A stretch of 32,000 nucleotides of DNA from Mesoplasma florum L1 (GCF_000008305.1 NC_006055.1:480001-512000); one strand, 5' to 3'. Shown: positions 12,948 through 23,728, counted from the first letter of the stretch. Made by a program: numbers and translations. Notes: generated by a model from the sequence alone, not told the origin.

Positions 12948-13488
12948 AACTAATTTGCTCCATAACTATTTTGGTTATTTCATCCACTGAAAGTAAATTA
13001 TCAACATTAGCAATATTTTTCATTATTGTTTTATAAGAAAATCCCAGCTTAACAAGTGATGTTATTATTTTTTCTTTTTTCTGAGTTATTTTGTTTTTGA
13101 AAAAATGCTTTTGCAATTCTTCAATTATTAGTTTAGCTGTATAATTGCCAATCCCTTTTAATTTAGCTAATTTCTCAATATCATATTCTTCAATCATTTT
13201 TATAAATTCTTCAAATGAAAAATTATTTAATAAATAAAAAGAAGTTTTAAGTCCTACTGTTTTAATTTTCACCAATTCTTTAAAAAGGTTTCTTTCATCT
13301 CTTGATCTGAAAACTATTTCAACATTTTCAAATTCAGTATTATGATCAACAATAAACAATTTAATGTTTTTTTCATTTTTAAAATTATCTTTTGTTAAAT
13401 AAGAAAAGTATTCTCCTTTATTCTGATACTCAACATATAAATAATTATCATCCTTTGAATTAATATCACAAACTAAATAATCCTTCAT
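12940..13488 (-). CDS. ruvA: Holliday junction DNA-binding protein RuvA (divergent)
   Basis: HhH-like KLKGIGNYTAKLIIEEL. It overlaps the ruvB start by 8 nt. ATG 13488 lies 6 nt after GAGGTG, and the GTG called by the track is part of that RBS. Confidence 0.8.
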   Translation of the reverse strand: MKDYLVCDINSKDDNYLYVEYQNKGEYFSYLTKDNFKNEKNIKLFIVDHNTEFENVEIVFRSRDERNLFKELVKIKTVGLKTSFYLLNNFSFEEFIKMIEEYDIEKLAKLKGIGNYTAKLIIEELQKHFFKNKITQKKEKIITSLVKLGFSYKTIMKNIANVDNLLSVDEITKIVMEQISYE

Positions 13489-13516
13489 TCTTTTCACCTC
13501 ATATAGTTATTAAAGA

Positions 13517-13552
13517 AAAAATAAAAAAATCATCTCAATTGAAATGATTTTT
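13517..13552 (-). terminator. rho-independent terminator after the ABC exporter pair
   Basis: AAAAATCAT (13525-13533) pairs with ATGATTTTT (13544-13552). A T-run follows on the minus strand. Confidence 0.5.
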
Positions 13553-13557
13553 ATATA

Positions 13558-15390
13558 TTAATGTTCAATTTTTCCTGCTTCATATAAGTTTTTAAAATGA
13601 CCTTCTTTTTTAGTTAATTCATTAAATGTACCTTCTTGTACAATACCAGCACCATTAGCACCAAGTACTATAATATGATCTACATTTTTAATAGTTGAAA
13701 GTTTATGAGCGATAGTAACACTTGTTCTACCTTTCATTAATTGATTCAATTTATTTTGAATTTCTTTTTCAACAATATTATCTAAAGCAGAAGTAGCCTC
13801 ATCTAAAATTAATAGCTCAGGATTTTTTAAAATCATTCTAGCAATAACTAATCTTTGTTTTTGTCCACCAGATAACATAAATCCACGTTCACCTAGAACA
13901 GTTTGATAACCTTCAGGTCAACTCATAACTAATGCATGTAACTCAGCTTTTTTACAAGCTTCAATCGCATCATCATCAGTTGCATCAAATTTACCATATT
14001 TAATGTTTTCTAAAACAGTTCCAAAAAGAATTTGTGGTTCTTGTTCTACATAACCAACATGGTCTAAATAATGTGATAAATTTAAATCTTTTAAATCATC
14101 TTTATTATTAATTAATATTTGTCCTTCAGTAGGATCATAAAATCTTAATAATAATTTAGCAACTGTTGACTTACCAGAACCAGTTTCACCAACAAAGGCA
14201 TATGACTTACCATATTGTAAAGTAAAGTTAAAATTAGGTAAGATTAAGTTTTCAGGTTTTTCTGGATATCTAAACTTAACATCTTTGAAAACAATATCAC
14301 CTTTTAAATCTTTGATTTCTTTTCCTTCATGATAATGAAAATCTAAAATTGATTCAGCATTTAAAGTTTTTAGAATTCTTGAAGAAGAAACTCCTGCCAT
14401 AGCAGCACCACCAGATATTACAAATAAAGTAATAATTGGACCAGTCAACATCCCTTGTGCCATAACAAAGGCTGGGAATACTTGGAAGAAAGCTTGCATT
14501 CTAGCAGTATCTGAATCTCCACCAAAGAAAACTGCAGCAAATACAGGAGCTGTAAATAATAATAAGAAGTCTCCTGCGAAAACAATAACTGAGAATAAAC
14601 TTAATCATTTACCAATTGGTTTACCTTGATCAAAATAATCAACATGTTTGTCTTTAAAGTATTGTGTTTCATAATCTTCTGTTCCTGAAGATTTAATTAA
14701 TCTAATTGAAATAACTCGATCAATTACATTACCATTAGTTTTTTCTAAAGTTAATCTAACCTTTTCTCATTTTTTAACTAATGCAATATAACAACCAAAA
14801 AATGCAATTAAAATTAATACAAAAATTACAAATCCAACTAAAGCAATTCTTCATTCTAAAATAAAAGTTAAAGATAATCCTATAAGTGATTGAATAACTG
14901 CACTAGCAACATTCATTGGAATATCAACAGCTTGATTTCCTACTACTTGAGCATCAGAAATAACATTAGTTAACAATTCTCCAATTTTCTTATCTGAATA
15001 ATAAGAAATATCTTGTCTAATTAATTTTTCTAAAATTTCATTTCTTAAATGAGTTTCAATTTGTTTTGCAAAAGTATTTGATCATCAATTAAATAAAAAT
15101 GAGTTAAATAAGTTAAATAATAATAAAGCTACTGAGATAATAATTAATTCTGTTGTCTCTAAACCTCAAAATCTAATTAATCAAAAACCACTTGAAGCAG
15201 CTTTTTCTGCATCAGTTAAACTTAAAGCTAAGTTTATTTGGTTTGTTAGCAATGGTGCTAAGAACAACATAGAAGCTCAAAATATAAAGTTAGGAATTAC
15301 TCATCAGTTTTTCTTAAAGTCTTGTTTATAATATTTAAAAAATAAATATAAAAATGCTCGACTGTTAGAAATTTCTTTTTTCTTTTTCAT
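13558..15390 (-). CDS. ABC exporter, fused permease/ATPase half-transporter (MdlB/MsbA-type), downstream paralog
   Basis: AGGAGG RBS and ATG at 15390. I checked every in-frame triplet from 14461 to 15390 and found no TAA/TAG. Walker [10 protein letters not shown], signature LSGGQKQR, Walker [12 protein letters not shown]-loop AHKLST. Confidence 0.9.
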
Positions 15391-15400
15391 AATTACCTCC

Positions 15401-17244
15401 TTAGTGATTTTGTTGTTGTTCTTCTAATAAACCTGCTTCATATAAGTTTTTAAAGTGTCCTTCAACTTTAACTAACTCTTTAAATGTTCCTTGTTGAACT
15501 ATTCCTTTAGCGTTTCCACCTAAAACAATAATGTGATCAACATTTTTAATTGTTGAAAGTCTATGAGCAATAGTGAAACTTGTTCTACCTTTCATCAATT
15601 CATTTAGTTTTGCTTGAATTTCTTTTTCTACAATATTATCTAAAGCTGATGTAGCTTCATCTAAAATTAATATTTGTGGATTTTTTAAAATCATTCTAGC
15701 AATAACTAGTCTTTGTTTTTGTCCACCAGATAACATAAATCCTCTTTCACCAAGAATTGTGTCATATCCTTCTGGTCATGAACTAATTAATTTATGTATT
15801 TCAGCTTTTTTACATGCTTCAATAACTTCTTCATTAGTTGCATCAAATCTTCCATATTTAACGTTTTCATAAACATCACCAAATAAGATTTGAGGTTCTT
15901 GTTCTACATAACCAACATGTCTTAAATAACTTGATAAGTTTAAGTCTTTTAAGTTTTGATCTTTATTAATAATGATTTCTCCATTACTTGGATCATAGAA
16001 TCTTAATAATAAACGAGCAATTGTTGACTTACCTGAACCAGTCTCACCAACAAACGCATATGACTTACCTTCTTCAAATGTAAAGTTGAATTTAGGCAAA
16101 ATTAATTTTTCTGGTTTTTCTGGATATCTAAATTCAATATCTTTAAATACAATGTCCCCTTTAATCTCATCAACTATAATTCCATCAGTATAATGTGGAT
16201 CTAGTCTTGATTCATCTTTTAATAAGTTTGATACTTTTACACTAGCAACTCCAGCTACAGCTAATGAGAATGTAATTCCCATTAAACTACTATATGTTGC
16301 AATTAAACTTGCTTGATTAATCATATAAGCTGGGAAAGTTACTGAGAAGAATGTAGCAGATGCTGCTGTATCTCCTTTAATTGAATAAATAATCCCTGCA
16401 ATTATTGGAATAGCAAATTGTAAGATCATTGAACCTGCATAAACTGTAGTCATTAAGAATGACAAGTTTAAAATAGCTGGTTTATGTGCTTTATAGTTAA
16501 TATCTTGTTGTTTTTCTAAATAAGCTTTTTCATAATCTTCTGTTCCAGTTGATTTAATTAATCTAATTGTTCCAACTCTATCAGTAACATTACCATTAAC
16601 TTCTTCATACACTTCTCTAACAACTGCATATTTTTTAACAGTTTGAATATAGAAAACAAAGTATAAAGCTAATAATAAGAAGTAAATAATTGATCCAAAG
16701 ATTGCAATTTTTCATGCAAGAATAAATGTCATGGTAAATGCAACAACAAATTGTGATAATGAAATTCCAATATTAGTAGGAATTCTAACCGCACCATCAC
16801 CTAAGTTTTGAGTATCAGCAACAACACTTGTTAAGATTTCTCCAATTTTTTTATCTGAGTAATATGAAATATCTTGTCTTACCAATTTTTCAAGAATTTT
16901 ATTTCTTAAATCAATTTCAATTTTTCTTCCTAAAATATATGAGAAATAGTTAAAAATAAAAGTTCCTATTGCATCAATTAAAATCATAACTACAGCAACA
17001 ATAATAATAGTTGTAGAACTTCATCCTCAAAAAAGAGCTTGTTCTGCATCATTTAAAACTACTTTATTTTCACTTTTAATAGCCAATGTAATTTGTTGTG
17101 TTAAAAGTGGTATTGAAGCTCTAGTTAAACAGAAAGATAATATTGTTAATGCTAGAATAATTGTTATTCATCAATATTTTAAATAATACTTAGAAATTAT
17201 TTTAAAGAATTCTGCATTTTGTGATGTTTTTTTATTTGTCTTCA
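15401..17244 (-). CDS. ABC exporter half-transporter, upstream paralog; its 5' ATG/RBS is out of frame with the body across an A7 tract
   Basis: The body frame is open from 17230 down to the stop at 15401. Motifs: [33 protein letters not shown]. The only SD-preceded ATG (17244) is in another frame and stops after 15 codons. One extra A in the run at 17226-17232 would give [26 protein letters not shown]..., which parallels the paralog N-terminus. Confidence 0.8.
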
Positions 17245-17340
17245 TAAAGTCCTTTCTTAAGTATTTTTACAATATATAAATAATATCATTTAGTTTTGAA
17301 ATTAGATAGATTAAAATATCATTTTTTTAAAAAATAAATA

Positions 17341-17360
17341 AAAAATGCTTGCGCATTTTC
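17341..17360 (-). terminator. weak hairpin terminator after rpiR-like gene 1
   Basis: AAAATGC-TTGC-GCATTTT hairpin, followed by a T-rich tract on the minus strand. Confidence 0.4.
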
Positions 17361-17366
17361 TTTTGA

Positions 17367-18116
17367 TTAAAGTTTTATTATTACTTTTGTAAATAAATAA
17401 TTAAGAACTACAGATCTCATAGATAAATATATATCTTCTCTATTATGTTCATATATTAAAATTTCTGCTTTAAATTCTTGAAATTTATGACTTTGAGATG
17501 ATGAAGTTACAATTACAATATTTTTTGTTTTATTTTTAACTAAATTATAATAGTTTACTAAGTATTGATTATCTAATCCAAATGCAAAGAATATACATAA
17601 ATCGTCTTCTTTACAATAATCTATTCAAATAGGATTCATTTTTCTTTGTGAATTAAAGTTTGAATCAATACCTTTATATTGCAATTGACTTGCAAAGATT
17701 TCAACATTAAAGTTCTGTTCATAAGAACTAAATAAAAATGTTCTTCCACATTCTTTTAACAAACTTACCAACAAACTTATTTCATCTTCTTGGACATCAA
17801 TTTGTTTTATATTTTGAACAACTTGATTAAATAAGGTAGATGGCTTGGCAGAAAGTTTTTGCTTTTCAAAATCTTTGTAATATTCTCTTTCAACTTTTAT
17901 TCTAATAGCTATTTCTCTAAAACCGTTATAACCATATTTTTTAGAAAATGATGTTAACGCTGATTCAGAAATAAAACATACTTCAGAGCATTCTTTACTA
18001 GTTGGGGTTTTATTTTCTTCCAAACAATCAAGTAAATATTTAGCAATTAATTTATGTGTATTACTCTCGTTGTTATTATAAATAACAGTTAACTTTTCTT
18101 TTATACTTTGAAACAT
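17367..18116 (-). CDS. RpiR/MurR-family transcriptional regulator (HTH + SIS-like)
   Basis: HTH region ...SKECSEVCFISESALTSFSKKYGYNGFREIAIRIKVE... I translated through TGA 17625 to the TAA at 17367. ATG 18116 has GGGAGA 7 nt upstream; the alternative ATG at 18143 lacks an SD. Confidence 0.85.
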
Positions 18117-18235
18117 ATTTTTTCTCCCAAAAGTACTTCTCATAAATTTAAGTACTTCTTTATAAATATACTACATGTAAAATTAATAGCAAAATTTTTA
18201 TATAAAATAAGTGTAGAAAAAAGAGGATTATAAAA

Positions 18236-19594
18236 ATGTTAAAATTTCCTAAAAATTTTCACATCGGTGCTTCAATGAGTGCTATGCAAACAGAAGGAAA
18301 AGGAATTACTGAAATAGGTGATTTAACTTTTGATGCATATTTCAAAGAAAATCCGGAATTGTTTTACCATGGTGTTGGGCCAGATCTGACAAGTGATATT
18401 ACAAGACACTATAAAGATGATATTGAAAAATTTAAATACATCGGATTAGATTCAGTTAGAACAGGTTTTTCTTGAGCTAGATTATTTCCAGATGGTATTA
18501 ATCTAAACAAAGAAGCAGTAAAGTTCTATCATGACTATATCGATGAGTATTTAAAAAATGATATTGAAATTATTATGACTTTATTTCACTTTGACATGCC
18601 TTTATGAGCACATGAATTAGGTGGTTGAGAGAGCAGAGAAGTTATTGAAAAATTTATAAGTTATTGTGAATTTGTATTCAAGGAATATGGATCAAAAATA
18701 AATTATTTTGTTACCTTCAATGAACCACTTGTTCCTGTATTTGAAGGATATGTAGGTAAAATGCACTATCCCGCAAAGGATAGTCCCAAAGAAGCTGTAG
18801 CTCAAGCATATGGAATTTTCCTAGCTCATGCTAAAGCAGTAAAGTTATTTAAAGAATTAAAAATTGATTCAAAAATAGGAGTTGTTTATAACTGAAACTT
18901 TACATTCCCATTTTCAGATTCAGCAGAAGATAAAATTTCAGCTGAAATCTATGATGCTTATGTAAATAGAGGACCATTAAACATTATGTATAATGGAAAT
19001 ATTAACCCAATTATTATAAAAACCTTAGAAGAATATAACATAACTCCATTTCACACAAGCGAAGAAATTGAAATAATTAAACAAACTGAAATTGATTTTT
19101 TAGGAGTTAATTATTATTTCCCTTGTAGAGTTAAAACAAATGAAAATGTAAAAAATAGATGAGCTTTAGATCAAATGCATATTGAAATTCCTGCAGATGC
19201 AAAAATTAATCCTTTTAGAGGGTGAGAAATTTATCCTGAAGGGCTATATGATATATCTATAGCAATTAAAAAAGAGTTAAATAACATTCCATGATACATT
19301 GCTGAAAATGGTATGGGTGTTGAAAATGAAGATAGATTTAGAAATGAAAATGGACAAATAGATGATGATTACAGAATTGAGTTTTTAGAAACTCATATGT
19401 CTGAATTAAAAAGAGGTTTAGATGCTGGATCAAATTGTTTTGGTTACCACATTTGAGCTGCCATTGACTGCTGAAGCTTTAGAAATGCTTATAAAAATAG
19501 ATATGGTTTAATTGAAGTTGATTTAAAAGACCAATCTAGAAAGTTTAAAAAATCAGCTTACTGATATAAAGAACTAATAGAAAATAAGGAGTAA
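18236..19594 (+). CDS. GH1 6-phospho-beta-glucosidase (locus 1)
   Basis: GH1 motifs: VTFNEPLV (acid/base Glu) and YIAENGMG (nucleophile Glu). Multiple TGA codons fall at Trp positions. The stop is at 19592-19594. It lies immediately upstream of a PTS EIIBC gene. Confidence 0.92.
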
Positions 19595-19597
19595 ACT

Positions 19598-21229
19598 ATG
19601 GCTACAAAAAGTCAAATATACAAAAATGTTGAAAAATTATTTTTAAGTCTTGGTGGACATGAAAATATTCAATATTTCACTCACTGTATGACTAGAATGC
19701 GTTTTCATTTGCATGATTGAGATAAAGCAAATGAAAATGAAATTAAAGATGGTGGTTATGCTGTTGGTGTTAACAAAAATAAAAGCAACGGTGAATTCCA
19801 AGTTATTATAGGTCCTGAAGTTGAAAGTTTTTACAATGCTTTTTGCGAAGTTAATGGATATGATGAAGATGGAAAAACATTAATTGTTAAAAATGATAAA
19901 CCAAATTTAACAGAGAAACAAAATAAAGAAATTGTTGATATGAAAAATAGATTTAGAGTTAAAGGTTCATTTAACAAAGCCCTTTCTTTTATCTCAAAAG
20001 TTTTTGCCCCAATAGTTATACCTCTTGTAGGTTATGGATTGATTTTGACAATCGCATCATTGATAACTGTTGAATGAAGTGGATCAGATAGTAGTTTAGC
20101 TGCTAATTCACATTTTTTTAAAGAGTTTTCTGGAATACTTTCAATTCTTGTTAATTCATTTTCATTGTTTGTTACAGTTGCTGTAGGTTATACAACAGCT
20201 AAAGCATTAAGATGTAATGGAATTTATGGAATTATAATTGCACTTGTTTTAACATCACCAGGATTAATAAATATGGGAGATGTTAAACCAGCTGATGGTC
20301 AAAGTATTTTAGGAGCTTATGACGGATGAACATTATTTGGAGATGGAGTTAAATATCCATGAAAAATAAACTTCAATGGATTAATTATTCCAATGATAGT
20401 TGTTGTTTCATTTGGTGCATTCTTAGAAATACAAACTAATAAAATTAAACAAAGTACATTAAAAATGATTATTCAACCAATTGCTATTATTGGTGGAGGT
20501 TTCTTATTTGGAGTATTCATAGTAGCACCTGTTGGGTTACTATTCACAAACTACTTATCAATTGGTATAAATTGATTAAGTACAAATAGTATTGCTAAAT
20601 ATATTGCTATACCTGTTGTTGGAGGATTATATGGCCCTTTAGTTATAACTGGTTTACACCACTCATTAACTCCAATTATTTTACAAGGTCAAGCAATTTA
20701 TGGAGCCACATTGATTCAAGGTTTCTGTACTATTTCAAACGTTTCACAAGGGGTTGCTTCAATTGCATTCGTTGTGTTACACAGAAGAGTTTCAAAAATG
20801 AAAGATATTGGAGTTTCAAACGGGGTTTCTGCCATTGTTGGAGGAATCACAGAACCATCATTATATACAATAAACTTAAAACATTTATTCCCACTAATCG
20901 GATGTTCAATAGGTACATTCTTTGGAACAATGATTATGGTTGCTTCTAATTCATATGCATTGCAAGGGGCTTCTTCAATTTTCGGAATACTTATGTTCTT
21001 ACAACAAGCACCTGAAAAAACTGGAGCTACAACTTGAATTGGTGGAGGATACTTATGAGGTACAATCTCAGTATTAACTTCATGTATAATAACTTTTGTT
21101 GCAACTTATTCTTTAGGTAAAACTAAATACTTCTGAAATAGATCAAGAGAAATCTTATTAAATGATTTCCATGAAGATATTAATGAATTAAAACTTTTAC
21201 CAAAAACTAAAAAAGCGAAAAGAGCTTAA
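19598..21229 (+). CDS. PTS beta-glucoside-family transporter EIIBC (no EIIA domain)
   Basis: AAGGAG sits 6 nt upstream of ATG 19598. The EIIB motif is THCMTRMRF, followed by a multi-TM EIIC with GITEPSLY. All track fragments share one frame, and the stop is at 21227-21229. Confidence 0.9.
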
Positions 21230-21232
21230 TAT

Positions 21233-21261
21233 AAAAAATTCACATTATTTGTGAATTTTTT
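21233..21261. terminator. bidirectional rho-independent terminator between convergent genes
   Basis: A6-AATTCACA-TTATT-TGTGAATT-T run. The A-run on the left and T-run on the right serve both the PTS gene (+) and the DUF2130-like gene (-). Confidence 0.7.
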
Positions 21262-21264
21262 ATA

Positions 21265-22704
21265 TTATAAATATTCTGCTTTCATTTCTCCAAGTATACT
21301 TGATAATCCTTTTTGTACTTTATTAAAGAATTGTTGATTAATAACATTAATTGATTTTTTTATTCTTGATGAGTTTCTTTCTAAACTATCAGCCACTTTA
21401 TCAAGATCTTCTAATTCTTTTTGCATTTTTTTATACGCTGTTGGGAATTGAATCGTTCAATATTCATTTAATTCAGCTTTTTGTTTTTCTAATTCTTTTA
21501 GTAATTCATTATCAGAAGCTTTAGTAACTGTTTTAATTTTTTGATTATATTCATTTTCAAATTCAACTAGTCTTCTTACGATTTGACCGACAAATACAAA
21601 ACTTTCTGAATCAGTTATTCAAATGTTTTCATATTCATCACTTCTCATAAAAGGTATTCCTGGGTATTTATCATTAAAACTTGTTGCAATTAAAATTCCA
21701 TATTTAGTGTTATTACTTGCAGCGTCAGTTGATAATTTAGGAATTCAAGTATTACTTCATTCCGCATTCTTAACTTCATAAACAATTTTTCCAATTTCTT
21801 CACGTTTATGATTTTTAATAGTTTGTAAGTAATCTGCTTTCTTTTCACCAGTTGTTATTTTTTCAATACCATCAAACAATGAAAACGCTTTAACTAAATC
21901 TTCATACACTTCATGTTCAAAGTTTTCACCTTTTCGTTTTGAATTAATAATTTTAAATTCACGGTTAGCTTGCACTAAATCAGCTATTCTTTTATCATAA
22001 TCATTTATTAAAGTTAATTCTTTAGTTTTTGATTCAGCTTCTTTTTGAATAGCAAAGTTTTCTAATTCAATTTTTTTATTATTTAACTCTAGTTTTAAAT
22101 TATTTATTTCTTGACTAAATTGATTAATTAAAACTTCTTTATTTTTTTCAATCTCAAGATTTAGTTTTTGATCCAAAGCTTTAATTTCAACTTCTTTATT
22201 TGCAAGTTTAATCTCTAATGAATTTTTAACATCATTAAACTCATTTAATAAATTACTTTTTGCTTCATTCAATTCTGCAATCTTTTGTTGATTTAATTGA
22301 TCAATCATATTTTGTTGTTTTTGAATGTTCAATTCATATGTTTTAATTTTTTCATTAAACTCATTAATAACAGCATTTCTTTCTTTATCTATTTCTAATG
22401 CCTTTTGTTCATTTAATTTATTAATTAAATTATCTTTTTCATTAATTGAAATATTTAAGCTTTCTAATTGTTTATTAAAGTTATTTAGCATTTCTTGTTT
22501 AACTAAACTAATTTCAGCAATCTGTTTATCATTCATTTGTGCTATTAATTCATTTTTAAGTTGCACTCGAATTTCATTCTCTTGCTTTTGTTTTAATTCA
22601 CTTAAATAGTTTTCAATAACTGTTCAGTTTGAATTATGATTCTTAAAAGAATCTTTTGTGATTTCTTCGCCACATTTGGGGCAACGAAAAAGTATATCGC
22701 TCAT
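21265..22704 (-). CDS. DUF2130-like protein: N-terminal CxxC ribbon, long coiled coil, C-terminal PD-(D/E)xK-like module
   Basis: AGGAGG RBS, ATG at 22704. N-terminus MSDILFRCPKCGEEITKD. Four 40-aa coiled-coil repeats. C-terminus ...GENFEHEVYEDL...KKADYLQ...GKIVYEVKNAEW...GILIATS... (a D...ExK arrangement). All in frame with ORF 21757..22566. Confidence 0.8.
22012..22491 (-). repeat. four tandem degenerate 120-bp (40-aa) coding repeats in the coiled coil
   Basis: The units start MLNNFNKQ.., VINEFNEK.., LLNEFNDV.., LINQFSQE.. at an exact 40-residue period. A fifth partial unit begins LINDYDKR. Confidence 0.75.
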
Positions 22705-22892
22705 GGATATATCCTCCTTTATTTAATATTTCTTTGTTTTATTTTTAGAGTCTAGAATAAGCACAGACTGTCAACTTTGGCTCACTTTCTTTATCATTCT
22801 AAGGTATAAAACTTACCTACTTTTATATTACTATTTTAATTTTTAAAATAATGTTATTTTTATATTGTCATTATTTATTTTTTGGTTAAAAT

Positions 22893-22918
22893 AGAAAAAA
22901 ATAAGCCTAAGCTTATTT
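22893..22918 (-). terminator. rho-independent terminator after the HU-fold gene
   Basis: AAATAAGC-CTAA-GCTTATTT hairpin followed by a T-run on the minus strand. It overlaps the stop codon at 22913-22915. Confidence 0.6.
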
Positions 22919-23728
22919 TTGTTCCTCTTCAATTGTTATCGTTTCAATTGTTTTTTTATTATATTTAATTCCAGTTCATTTTGTATCTGACATAATTAAT
23001 TTTAAATTACGTGAAGGTTTAAATTTAATTATTGTTGTTGCGGGAACTTCTACAATTTCTCCATTTGATGGATTAATTGCTTGTTTTACCGGCTTTTCAA
23101 CTTTAATTAATTTTCCAAAGTTTTCAATTATAACTTCTTCTCCACTTATTAAATGATTTTCAACATTTTGAAATAAATTTTTAACAATTTCATCAATAGT
23201 TTTCTTTTTATAATCAGGATACATTTCTGTAAGTCTTTCAACTAAATATTTTTTTGATACCTTATCATAACTAGTTTTCTTAATTAATTTATCTTCTCTA
23301 ATAACTTTTTCTTTAATAATTAATAATGAACTTTTATTTTTTTGAACTATAGTTTCATTTGTTTTTATTGTTTGTTTTTTAAATCAAAACTGTAAAACAA
23401 GTATAGTTAACAAAATTATTAGGATAATCACATACATTCAATTTATAAATGCATCTAAAAATATAGGAGTTAAGAAAGTTGAATCAACATATAGTTTAGA
23501 TTGAAACATAGAATAAAAACCAATAGGACCTTGTAAAAAATGATTAGTATTTTCAAATCATTTAGATACAACTTGTGAGTTAAATCCAGATGAAATTACC
23601 TCACTTCATTCTTGATTTCCATTATAAACATTATTTAATAATTTAAAAATGATCAATAAAGTAGTAAAAAGAATAATCAATAGAAAAATAATTGATATTT
23701 TAAGATTATTTTTATTAATTAATTTCAT
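22913..23728 (-). CDS. membrane-tethered HU/IHF-fold protein (2 TM + C-terminal HU-like domain, 271 aa)
   Basis: The whole frame was checked triplet by triplet and has no TAA/TAG, with 5 TGA. TM1 is ISIIFLLIILFTTLLIIF and TM2 is MYVIILIILLTILVLQFWF. The HU-like domain follows: VSKKYLVERLTEMYPDYKKKTIDEIVKNLFQNVENHLISGEEVIIENFGKLIKVEKPVKQAINPSNGEIVEVPATTIIKFKPSRNLK. Confidence 0.8.

Noticed and set aside
15401-17244. Calling the upstream ABC exporter a pseudogene
   Set aside because: Apart from the 5' A7 frame offset, the 600-codon body is intact with all catalytic motifs. A homopolymer miscall, slippage or an alternative start is more parsimonious than decay, so I kept it as a CDS with a caveat.
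18117-18235. BglG/LicT-type RAT antiterminator element upstream of the beta-glucoside genes (also looked for at 30592..30683)
   Set aside because: No RAT-like hairpin overlapping a terminator is visible. The adjacent regulators are RpiR-type DNA binders, not PRD antiterminators.
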